Source: a virus | Virus record (IMG/VR): IMGVR_UViG_3300045988_047070 | Direction: 5' to 3' (one strand) | Length of the DNA stretch: 64,000 nt | Part shown: positions 1 through 7,700 of the stretch, piece after piece | Layout of the letters: each line of letters begins with the position of its first letter | How positions within the stretch are numbered: the first letter of the stretch is position 1 | Notes under the pieces: generated by a model | Database searches by the model: none | What the model saw: only the letters and a program-made list of their open reading frames with translations | Told to the model about the DNA's origin: nothing | Translations under genes and position numbers: made by a program

Positions 1-82
1 TTTATTATACTACTATATACTAACCTACAAGTATGTGTAGTAACGTTACAGTATTCATTTTTGTTCTATTGTTTACTCTAGA

Positions 83-256
83 TTAATGATTTTTCTTAGG
101 TCTTAATAGATGATTTTTATTAAAAACACATGGTAAATAACAGTGTTTACAGCCATTATCTTCTACAGTTCTATCACATTCCCTAGCCTTCTGCTTAGAG
201 AAAAACCACCTAACAACCCATACTGGTAGCTTATAAAGATCAAAATTTTTTAACAT
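83..256 (-). CDS. small Cys-rich hypothetical protein (57 aa, below ORF-track cutoff)
   Basis: Hand translation of the minus strand gives ATG at 256-254, MLKNFDLYKLPVWVV...NGCKHCYLPC...KKNH, and a stop at 85-83. It continues the minus-strand run 753 to 279. Confidence 0.3.
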   Translation of the reverse strand: MLKNFDLYKLPVWVVRWFFSKQKARECDRTVEDNGCKHCYLPCVFNKNHLLRPKKNH

Positions 257-278
257 TATTTATGATTATTTAACATAT

Positions 279-470
279 CTACGAGAGTTTCGTAGACAAT
301 TCATTAACTTGTTGCCTTAATTCATTTACAAATTTAGCAGCTCCTTTAGGTCCTGTATACCCTAAATCTGGTATTTTATACATATGATCTCCAATACTAT
401 GTATACCATACACATTATTATCTTTACTTAAGATAGTTTCTACCTCTTTAACTGTTAATTCTTTTAACAT
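279..470 (-). CDS. hypothetical protein (63 aa)
   Basis: ORF track. It lies 13 nt downstream of the 484..753 ORF on the same strand. Confidence 0.5.
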   Translation of the reverse strand: MLKELTVKEVETILSKDNNVYGIHSIGDHMYKIPDLGYTGPKGAAKFVNELRQQVNELSTKLS

Positions 471-483
471 AATTTAACTATTT

Positions 484-753
484 TTAACTTATCTTATAAC
501 CCAAAAGTGTTAATAATTCATAAAATTTGTTAATATCCCTGAAGTAAAGTGAATATGAAATCATCATATGAGCCATACCTTCCTCCATAGGATTCATTAA
601 TCTCAGATCTGATACTTTCAAAGCTTTAGTACCATCAGCACAATCCCATTCACTTACTCTAGCTCTTAATAGCTCAAAATCACTAAACTCGTAGTAAAGC
701 TGGTTGTCTCTGATTTCAAACCCTTTATCTTTTAATTCTTGTTCAAATATCAT
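484..753 (-). CDS. hypothetical protein (89 aa)
   Basis: ORF track. It is the first gene of a short minus-strand unit diverging from the plus-strand early genes at about 754-1054. Confidence 0.55.
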   Translation of the reverse strand: MIFEQELKDKGFEIRDNQLYYEFSDFELLRARVSEWDCADGTKALKVSDLRLMNPMEEGMAHMMISYSLYFRDINKFYELLTLLGYKIS

Positions 754-1054
754 AATATTAAGTTTTTAATGATAACGTATATAAGGGGGTATTGTTATAA
801 AAATTTTATAAAATAAAAAATTAGGGGATATAATTGTGAATGTAGAGAGTAGTATATATATTGTATTATATAGATTTGAGTGTAGAAACTAGTATATACA
901 AACACCCCTCCCCCATCATGCATCAAGGAAACACCCCCGGTACTTATGCATCAAATCAATTTATCTATCAGCTGATTGTGATTAATCAAGCAGTTACAAC
1001 GGAAGGCGGTTGTAATGTAGAACTACTGCTGAGGGGCAGACAGCCGAGACGACT

Positions 1055-1462
1055 ATGAAGTGTGCAATCATGAGTCTAGAAGCTAAGCAAGCAGAGAACG
1101 GTAATTGGTACGTGAACATCCTAGCACAGCCGGAAGGTGATCCGTTTGCTGAGGAGTTGAAGTATCGTATGTGGTGTAGCGAAACACTAGCTAACAAGCT
1201 AGCTGCCAACGCACCTGAGACTATCGAACTCCAGAAGGTACGTGTAGAGGTTACTCCGTACCAGAAGGTATCTGAGGACGGTTCAATCTCAGAGAACGTA
1301 TTCACCAGTCTGTCTGTTGTATGCAGGCAGTTCAAGGGAGAGTACGTGGATGAGCCACAAGCGATGGCAGACAAGCTACGCAGGAATCTGCTGCGTGATG
1401 GGCTTATCGTAGAGGTAGACGTAGACCCGTACGAGGGAGCTACAGGTGATCTACCAAACTAA
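1055..1462 (+). CDS. early protein, paralog of 2633..3250 (function unknown)
   Basis: ORF track. MKCAIMSLEAKQAENGNWY...YRMW..E...KLAANAPETIELQKVRVEV aligns by eye with MKCIIIGHEFAEANTGNLY...YVMF..E...ALEARFPKEIYLQEIRMQT. The region is visibly more GC-rich than its neighbours. The antisense ORF 994..1374 is judged spurious. Confidence 0.7.
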   Translation: MKCAIMSLEAKQAENGNWYVNILAQPEGDPFAEELKYRMWCSETLANKLAANAPETIELQKVRVEVTPYQKVSEDGSISENVFTSLSVVCRQFKGEYVDEPQAMADKLRRNLLRDGLIVEVDVDPYEGATGDLPN

Positions 1463-1464
1463 AG

Positions 1465-1491
1465 GGGAAGAGCTTCGGCTCTTTCCTTTTT
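1465..1491 (+). terminator. rho-independent terminator after 1055..1462
   Basis: GGGAAGAGC-TTCG-GCTCTTTCC forms 9 bp including one G-U pair. It is followed by TTTTT at 1487-1491. Confidence 0.65.
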
Positions 1492-1500
1492 AATCCAATC

Positions 1501-1553
1501 ATGCACCAAGTTTATTTCCCTCTTAGTCGATTGTGAAGGTATATTGTATTTAT
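1501..1553 (+). repeat. ATGCACCAAGT box, copy 1 (about 53-nt conserved intergenic element)
   Basis: ATGCACCAAGTTTATTTCCCTCTTAGTCGATTGTGAAGGTATA aligns with copy 2 at 2388-2440. Both copies start about 10 nt after a terminator hairpin. Confidence 0.5.
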
Positions 1554-2074
1554 ATTTTCATACTTATGTTTAACCCAATAGTTGTAGGCGTATATACTTT
1601 AAACCTTCAACATTATGGTAACTAGAACATATTCCGTTGCCGGGGTAAGACTCCTCGTAAGCCAGCGGTTGTGGAGTGCTACGGCCACGTAATCAACAGG
1701 GCAAAACCAGGCTCATTTGAGCATTAATCTAAAAAACTCAATAACTTTCCAAGACATTGAGGACACCAGTTTCTTACAAATAGGTTTAGGACTATCCTTG
1801 TAAATACTTAGCTACTACAACATTGATTTCTAGAATCATAACGCCAGAGTAGAGAACCCCTATTTGTAAGTTTTAGGTGTAAAATGCATATTATCTATTT
1901 TAACAAAAGAAGCCATAGCTTACTATAGATAATGTTGTCAGTGCAACACTCTATAGCGGAAAAGTATATTAAACATATATGCTATGCCACGCTTCGGTAC
2001 TTTGTTATGTTGGTTCAGCAATGTAACATCACTGAAAGTTACTGTTGTGTGTAATATTAACGGGAGCCAACCCA

Positions 2075-2135
2075 ACCATGTAGTGATACTGTATCAAAGA
2101 ACTGAAAAAATACAGGAAGGCTATCACTACATGGT
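2075..2135 (+). other. long perfect hairpin in the 5' region of ORF 2170
   Basis: ACCATGTAGTGATA (2075-2088) pairs perfectly with TATCACTACATGGT (2122-2135), giving 14 bp. An inner CTGTAT/ATACAG helix lies within it. Confidence 0.6.
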
Positions 2136-2169
2136 CTAATTTGATTATTAATCAATAAAATTATATATT

Positions 2170-2361
2170 ATGATAGCAGTAGTAAAGTGCTATAAGCACA
2201 ACATAAAACCATTAGTAGTAGAGGTATTTGAAGGTCATGATGAACAAACACAGAAGGATGCTAAAGAGTTAGCAGCTATCCTAAGTAGGAAGAATAAATG
2301 TGAGTATAAAGTACTCATTGATCTTTCTTGTGTTGCTGTTATACACGATTCAAAGGAGTAG
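2170..2361 (+). CDS. hypothetical protein (63 aa)
   Basis: ORF track. A palindromic terminator-like hairpin overlaps its stop codon. Confidence 0.45.
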   Translation: MIAVVKCYKHNIKPLVVEVFEGHDEQTQKDAKELAAILSRKNKCEYKVLIDLSCVAVIHDSKE

Positions 2362-2383
2362 GCTATAGCCTATTTTCCTTTCT
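2359..2383 (+). terminator. terminator-like palindrome plus T-rich tract
   Basis: TAGGCTATAGCCTA palindrome is followed by TTTTCCTTTC. Confidence 0.4.
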
Positions 2384-2387
2384 TACA

Positions 2388-2440
2388 ATGCACCAAGTCA
2401 AATTTCCCTTCTAGCATATTGTGAGGAGTATAGGATACTG
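2388..2440 (+). repeat. ATGCACCAAGT box, copy 2
   Basis: ATGCACCAAGTCAAATTTCCCTTCTAGCATATTGTGAGGAGTATA aligns with copy 1 at 1501-1553. Confidence 0.5.
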
Positions 2441-2632
2441 CTGTGATTTATGTGTATGTAATTGATAAGAGAGTATTTGTAAGTTTGAGAATAGTTTACT
2501 CTTTTTTCAGTCTGCCCTTTAATCACATTGCTTATAGCTGCCTTTACGCATACATATAATATATAGCGTATCCTACTCTTTGCATAAACAATCAAACAAT
2601 TAAATAATCAAACAATTAAGGAGGACAAACAA

Positions 2633-3250
2633 ATGAAATGTATTATTATTGGACACGAATTCGCAGAGGCAAACACAGGTAACTTGTATTGTAAACTAGA
2701 AGTAAGACCTGCAAATGATGAGTGGGCTGCATCTTTCAACTATGTAATGTTTATTACAGAGGCAATGAAAGAAGCCTTAGAAGCTAGATTTCCTAAAGAA
2801 ATATATCTGCAAGAAATACGTATGCAAACACCTGAGCCATTTAACAGAGTATGGGCTACAGATGGTAACAATCACATGCAAGGTGAAATAGTCTGCAACG
2901 CTAAAGGCGATCCTATCGTATTTAATGACATCAAAGTCGTAATACGTACATTACCTGATGGCACACCTGCTAGAGGTGAAGATGCTGAGAAGCTACTAGA
3001 ATCTAGCTGGCGTAGAGGTATTGAAAATGGTACTATCTTACCAATTGGTGAAGGTACAGATGTACCAGATAACAATATTGGACAAACTGTAGGAGGAGCA
3101 GATGCATTTGCGGGAGCACAATCAGCTGGAGATCCAGAGAGTCTAGAGACATCTCAACCAGATCCACTACCTACAGGTAACGTTGTAGTGCCGGGTAACC
3201 GACCACAACGACCACAGCAACAAGCTGGAATCAGAGTACCTAGAGTATAA
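2633..3250 (+). CDS. early protein, paralog of 1055..1462 with a Gly/Pro/Gln-rich C-terminal extension
   Basis: ORF track. A strong AAGGAGG lies 9 nt upstream of the ATG. The N-terminal 130 aa align with 1055..1462. Confidence 0.75.
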   Translation: MKCIIIGHEFAEANTGNLYCKLEVRPANDEWAASFNYVMFITEAMKEALEARFPKEIYLQEIRMQTPEPFNRVWATDGNNHMQGEIVCNAKGDPIVFNDIKVVIRTLPDGTPARGEDAEKLLESSWRRGIENGTILPIGEGTDVPDNNIGQTVGGADAFAGAQSAGDPESLETSQPDPLPTGNVVVPGNRPQRPQQQAGIRVPRV

Positions 3251-3285
3251 CAGGGATTTGCCGGGTAACCGGCAGACCTGTTTTA
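3251..3285 (+). terminator. rho-independent terminator after 2633..3250
   Basis: TGCCGG-GTAA-CCGGCA is nested in CAGG...CCTG and followed by TTTT at 3281-3284. Confidence 0.6.
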
Positions 3286-3320
3286 ACAAAAACTCCCGAA
3301 CATCTGCATATGATGTTTTG

Positions 3321-3357
3321 GGTTAATTAACATTATTAACTTTTAAAAACATTCATC
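3321..3357 (+). promoter_or_regulatory. conserved leader, copy 1 (TTAACATTATTAACTTTTAAA core)
   Basis: GGTTAATTAACATTATTAACTTTTAAAAACATTCATC is nearly identical to 6711-6748. Both lie directly upstream of small membrane-protein ORFs. Confidence 0.45.
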
Positions 3358-3531
3358 ATGGAAGGAAAAGATGAAAACAAGCCAAAGATTGTGTATTTTA
3401 TTCTAGCTGTGTTTATTCATGCTAATGTGTTTCTACCATTCCTATCTGAAAAGACAGGAGTGCATGGAGCGTTCATATTGTGTGATATAATACTTGCTAT
3501 TATAGTATATAATCTAATGGCTCGGAATTAG
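3358..3531 (+). CDS. small hydrophobic protein (57 aa, below ORF-track cutoff)
   Basis: Hand translation gives MEGKDENKPKIVYFILAVFIHANVFLPFLSEKTGVHGAFILCDIILAIIVYNLMARN with a stop at 3529-3531. A terminator hairpin follows. Confidence 0.45.
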   Translation: MEGKDENKPKIVYFILAVFIHANVFLPFLSEKTGVHGAFILCDIILAIIVYNLMARN

Positions 3532-3543
3532 GGAGTTAGGGGT

Positions 3544-3565
3544 GGGTGAAAACTCACCCCTTTTA
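3544..3565 (+). terminator. rho-independent terminator
   Basis: GGGTGA-AAAC-TCACCC is followed by CTTTT. Confidence 0.5.
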
Positions 3566-3589
3566 TATTATCAAACAAAAATCAATACA

Positions 3590-4039
3590 ATGAAGATTCT
3601 ATTTAACTTTAAAAAATCTAGTTGTAAACTTAACTGGATAGGAATATTGAAAGTAGTTTTTGGGTTCAACTTAAAGAAAGCTAAAGCTATTGTGGACTAT
3701 GGAAGTTATACATATATTGTAAATGACTTAAAGAACCCTATAGATATGCAACAGTACTTTATTGATCTTCTTATTAGGATAAATTCTGCATGTATATCCA
3801 GTCTAGACGCAGATCAAAGAAAGGATGAACTTAAGAAGGTAATATCCCTTCCTATATATGACGAAGATGTATCTAGCACTACTCCGGCAGTACAAACAAT
3901 AAATGTACAAGATTTGGATATTGTAAAGGTGGGCTCAGTATATATCCTTACTCAGGAAAGATATGAGAAGCTTTTAAAAGCTGAACAAACATTGTCAAAG
4001 ATAGAAACAGTACTTTACAAATGGAAGAACAATGAATAA
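3590..4039 (+). CDS. hypothetical protein
   Basis: ORF track (3542..4039). I prefer the ATG at 3590 (MKILFNFKK...) because the GTG-extended version overlaps the terminator hairpin. Confidence 0.6.
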   Translation: MKILFNFKKSSCKLNWIGILKVVFGFNLKKAKAIVDYGSYTYIVNDLKNPIDMQQYFIDLLIRINSACISSLDADQRKDELKKVISLPIYDEDVSSTTPAVQTINVQDLDIVKVGSVYILTQERYEKLLKAEQTLSKIETVLYKWKNNE

Positions 4040-4244
4040 AAGAAGACAATATCACAAATCAAATTGTGATTCTATAGTTAGAGCAACCGTAACAGATGCA
4101 CTAGGACGTAAAGTTATCCTAGTTGGAAAGCACGCTTTCGAATGGTCTATTATACTTGAAAAAGAAGGAAGATTAGTAATAACTACTTTTCCTAATAGAG
4201 AACAAGCAGTAGATACATTTAACAAAAAGTACAGGAATAAATGA
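4032..4244 (+). CDS. hypothetical protein (70 aa)
   Basis: ORF track. It overlaps the upstream gene by 8 nt, which suggests coupling. Confidence 0.55.
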   Translation: MNKRRQYHKSNCDSIVRATVTDALGRKVILVGKHAFEWSIILEKEGRLVITTFPNREQAVDTFNKKYRNK

Positions 4245-4393
4245 TATGTGTACGTATCCAGTGTATGAAGTGATACACAACTTTCTTATCTAATTTAATA
4301 TTCTTTTGGCATAATTTCCTCAGCTAATTATTGCGAGTAAAAGTAATTAGTTCGCTACTATCTCATACTAATAGTGAGGGAAAGTATGTGGTA

Positions 4394-4472
4394 ATTCTGT
4401 GTAGTTTAAGTGTCTAACACATGGTAGAATCCCCTGCTAAGGGCGAATGCAGGTTCGAATCCTGCCACAGAA
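4394..4472 (+). tRNA. tRNA-like gene, anticodon unresolved (a CTGCTAA loop would read GCU/Ser)
   Basis: The acceptor TTCTGTG/CACAGAA forms 7 bp, and the T arm is GCAGG-TTCGAAT-CCTGC. A D-like arm GTTTAAGTGTCTAAC is present. The central 30 nt contain CCC-CTGCTAA-GGG but do not fold canonically by hand. Confidence 0.55.
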
Positions 4473-4754
4473 ACATTAAAAATTCATTGATGGTTTTATA
4501 GAGAGTTTAAGATTCTCCATTTTAATTTAACACAGCTACTATATACCTATTGTGAAATACGTATATAGTTTCCCTAGAGTAAAAGCAACCTCATCGTAGC
4601 TAACAACAATACTTCATGCGCGTTTGGTTAATATACAAAGTTAGCGGGTTCTAGGGTCTAGTAGGTTTAAATTGTCAGACTGAACGAATGTCATGACTAC
4701 CGAAGCTAATAGCTTTTAAAAACAGTAAATATTAACAATAAAAATATCAAATTT

Positions 4755-4919
4755 ATGAAAAAAGAAATCAAAAAAGCACAAGAAGCAGTATGGTATAATA
4801 CTGACTGCAAGTTATTAACTAAAGAAGAGTACGAAGAGCTATGCAGATACAAAGCGTTATACTTAGACTTAAAAGGTTCCTTAGAAGGAATCGTAAAAGA
4901 TTTCAAGCAAAGCGCATAA
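4755..4919 (+). CDS. small charged helical protein (54 aa, below ORF-track cutoff)
   Basis: Hand translation gives MKKEIKKAQEAVWYNTDCKLLTKEEYEELCRYKALYLDLKGSLEGIVKDFKQSA with a stop at 4917-4919. It competes with the track ORFs 4841..5152 (+) and 4706..4906 (-). Confidence 0.4.
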   Translation: MKKEIKKAQEAVWYNTDCKLLTKEEYEELCRYKALYLDLKGSLEGIVKDFKQSA

Positions 4920-5051
4920 TACTTGAACTTTTAGAAGGAATTGGTTGGGCTATATGGTTATTGATATTACTCATATTATCATGTGGGGATACATTAATCT
5001 ATCTCTTATATTTAGCGATATCTGTACCAATATTCATTCAAAAAATAAAGT

Positions 5052-5432
5052 ATGACTGTAGAAGCAATGATCGTAACTTGTGTAATAGTATGCATAATAC
5101 TGTTACTACGGAAAAGGAGGAAAGAGAAGATAAGGGCACAGATACTAAATGATCTATACATTATTGATAGAGATTGTCGTATTATCAAAGGCAATATCAT
5201 TAATAGTGATTTTATTGGTATTCTAACTAATCTAGCATTTTTAAGAGATTCACTAAAGAAGGAATCATTAAATGATGTGATACCTAAAAGTTTGTTAACG
5301 GATATACAAGTTCTATTAAATACGAACGAAGAGGAGATTAGTTTAGAAGATTTTAGGACAAATGTAGTCAGAATGATTAACGTTGTTCTAATAAGGTTAC
5401 AAGGTATCTATAAACTTATAATCTACTCTTAA
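5052..5432 (+). CDS. N-terminally membrane-anchored hypothetical protein
   Basis: ORF track. A hydrophobic segment MIVTCVIVCIILLL is followed by RKRRKEK. Confidence 0.6.
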   Translation: MTVEAMIVTCVIVCIILLLRKRRKEKIRAQILNDLYIIDRDCRIIKGNIINSDFIGILTNLAFLRDSLKKESLNDVIPKSLLTDIQVLLNTNEEEISLEDFRTNVVRMINVVLIRLQGIYKLIIYS

Positions 5433-5433
5433 T

Positions 5434-5823
5434 ATGGATAGAAGTCTTCCTCATTTCTTACAAAGAATCGGATACCATCCTTACGAAATAAGTCCAAAGG
5501 ATAGGATGTTTTTTTCATTAAAAGATCCTGAATTTGTGTCAGCGTATGGACCAGTATTTGTCGAATGGTTCCCAAAGTATCTAGGACCATCTGTTCCTAT
5601 ATTAGAGGTTAACAGAAGTCGTAATATTATATGGGGATTACACGAAGCGGATCACCATCCGTGCCTAATTTACCCTAGACCAAATATCTTGATAGAAGGT
5701 GTATCAGAAGAATACAAAATTACAAATAAATATTCTGATACAATGATGGATAGAATAACTGCAAAGTATTCTCCTGAAGAGATATTTAGAGCGATTAGGA
5801 GTAATTTAATACTAATACTATAA
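5434..5823 (+). CDS. hypothetical protein (129 aa)
   Basis: ORF track. It starts 2 nt after the upstream stop. Confidence 0.65.
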   Translation: MDRSLPHFLQRIGYHPYEISPKDRMFFSLKDPEFVSAYGPVFVEWFPKYLGPSVPILEVNRSRNIIWGLHEADHHPCLIYPRPNILIEGVSEEYKITNKYSDTMMDRITAKYSPEEIFRAIRSNLILIL

Positions 5824-6048
5824 ATTTAAATCTGTTAAATTTATTTTATTCAGTAACAGTAAGAAAGTAGTTCAATTTCTATGGGTTACATAGAGAAAAG
5901 GTAGAATAGTTTACAACGAATGGTACATATTTTATTTAATAAGCTTGCCTATAAAATAATATGGAACTCTATTAGATAGGTCTTTTGATCTCTATCTAGG
6001 CAGCTCTTGAAACTTAAATAAAAAATGTAGAGTAGATGTAAAAAGATA

Positions 6049-6065
6049 TTAAGTTCGAATCTTAA
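6049..6065 (+). other. isolated tRNA T-arm-like hairpin
   Basis: TTAAG-TTCGAAT-CTTAA. No 5' acceptor partner was found at tRNA distance. Confidence 0.35.
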
Positions 6066-6099
6066 TCTTTCTTATTTTTTAACTAAAAACAATATCACA

Positions 6100-6450
6100 A
6101 TGATTAGACTAATTATCAAAAAAGGTAATGCATGGTTAAGTGTATTTACTTTAGCACAGATCTTTACAAAATATTTGAAACTAACTCGCTATGATGCTTT
6201 AAAGCTTGCATATGCGACACTACATCAGGATGTCGTTGTCCAGAGTAGTACAAATGCAGGTCTATATTATCTTCATGTAGATTTACATCGAAAGAAGTTT
6301 AATGCTGAAATCAATGACGTTCATGATTTAGCAGCACAATTAGACCTATTGAAATACGCTCCTTTTCAATGTGGAATGCATACAAGAGGAGGAAAAGTGT
6401 TATGGAAAAGTAACCCAAAAGATGACATCTATAAGGAAATAAGAACATAG
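6100..6450 (+). CDS. hypothetical protein (116 aa)
   Basis: ORF track. AACTAAAAA lies at 6081-6089, 11 nt upstream of the ATG. Confidence 0.65.
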   Translation: MIRLIIKKGNAWLSVFTLAQIFTKYLKLTRYDALKLAYATLHQDVVVQSSTNAGLYYLHVDLHRKKFNAEINDVHDLAAQLDLLKYAPFQCGMHTRGGKVLWKSNPKDDIYKEIRT

Positions 6451-6710
6451 TTGAATGTGTACTTTTCAAAGAACAACTACCTAAATACCGCTGTGAAGCT
6501 CTATTTAGTAAAAGACCTATGAAAAGTGAGTTGTCAATCCAGCGTATACTAAGTAGTAGGTCTTTTTAAAAGACTATTCTTAATTATAAGTATATGGAAA
6601 ACTACGGTTATTATTCTAAAGAAATTAATGAAGACTGTTTTGTAGTATACTATTTTAGTAGACAAGCCAGATCTGTCATTTATCAAACAAGCTCTTTATT
6701 AGGAGCCTTG

Positions 6711-6748
6711 AGTTAACTAACATTATTAACTTTTAAACATTCAATCAA
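6711..6748 (+). promoter_or_regulatory. conserved leader, copy 2
   Basis: AGTTAACTAACATTATTAACTTTTAAACATTCAATCAA matches 3321-3357. Confidence 0.45.
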
Positions 6749-7249
6749 ATGAGTGAGAAAGGAGATGGCACCGTAGGTGGTGTCTGGAAGGGAGTAGTAT
6801 TAGTGCTGCTCACAATTGTTACACTATTACTTTTATGTATTGTGTATCAAGGGCTAAAAGGAGAGAATCCTCTTACGAAAGTAAAGGAATCTGTTGGTTT
6901 TAGCACTGAAACTGAGGTAGCAATACCTACAGTTCAAGAGAGACTAAACGAGTTCAATGCTGAAGTAGAAGATACTAAGGCATATGATACTTATCTCTCA
7001 TTGCCTGTAGTAATAGTAGAAGGAATCCTAAATAAATTAGGGCCTGATGCAGATTACAGAGCAATAGTTAACGAGTATTATACTAATAGATCCTATTGGA
7101 TTAGTACTCAAGTGTCGAATCAAATTAAACCTGTATTAACTGGTCCTGATGCAAAGAATGTTGAAAGGGTTGAGGTGAAAACAGTTTTAAAAGAAGAAAC
7201 ACCGCCAGGGAATGAAGTCTCTCTTACTCCAGCTGATTCTATAAAGTAG
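6749..7249 (+). CDS. single-pass membrane protein, function unknown
   Basis: ORF track. The hydrophobic segment is VVLVLLTIVTLLLLCIVY. Confidence 0.65.
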   Translation: MSEKGDGTVGGVWKGVVLVLLTIVTLLLLCIVYQGLKGENPLTKVKESVGFSTETEVAIPTVQERLNEFNAEVEDTKAYDTYLSLPVVIVEGILNKLGPDADYRAIVNEYYTNRSYWISTQVSNQIKPVLTGPDAKNVERVEVKTVLKEETPPGNEVSLTPADSIK

Positions 7250-7700
7250 AATTCTTTTTGGTTCAGGAGTATACTTTTTATATGCATTGCCTGTGAAGGT
7301 AGTGCATATTTTTACTATTAGATCATCAGAAAATGACAAGCATGTGGGGCGTAAGTAGTATTTTTATGCAGGAGAAGAAGAATGGCAATTGTTCTAATTA
7401 GTACTGATAATTGCAAATACTATGATCGTGCGGACGTTAAAATCATGCCGTTAATAAGAATTGTACTGGCAATACAATTCTGCTACAACGTAAAATATGT
7501 TATATAGCCGATTATAAGAAGTTTTATGTAAGAGTTTTTTAATATTTATTTTGCAAGCATAAAACTTTACGATGACACTTGTTATTAGTTGCTCATAGTA
7601 CAATATGAGTTGTTGTTAATCAACAATCGTTCAATCAAAACCCTCTCCGTAGTTGTACATACGGAGACGTCATCAAATTGTTTAACTAAAAATTATCAAA

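Noticed and set aside
861-1058. A 65-aa plus-strand ORF upstream of 1055
   Set aside because: It has a non-ATG start, lies in the divergent regulatory region containing the ATGCATCAA repeats and a 7-bp hairpin (TTACAAC...GTTGTAA), and its composition is unlike the neighbouring genes.
994-1374. A 126-aa minus-strand ORF overlapping ORF 1055..1462
   Set aside because: It lies fully antisense to a plus-strand ORF that has a clear paralog, an upstream leader and a terminator. It is a likely shadow ORF of a GC-richer segment.
4841-5152. The 103-aa plus-strand track ORF
   Set aside because: Its 5' part overlaps, out of frame, the better-looking 54-aa ORF 4755..4919, and its 3' part overlaps 5052..5432. 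A hydrophobic middle segment could still be a small gene, but no canonical start was found after 4919.
5859-6076. A complete tRNA ending at the T arm 6049-6065, possibly with a large insertion (AAGAAAG at 5859 pairing with CTTTCTT at 6067)
   Set aside because: The partner is about 205 nt away, requires a shifted 6-bp T stem, and is an AT-rich 7-mer that could match by chance. No anticodon arm was found.
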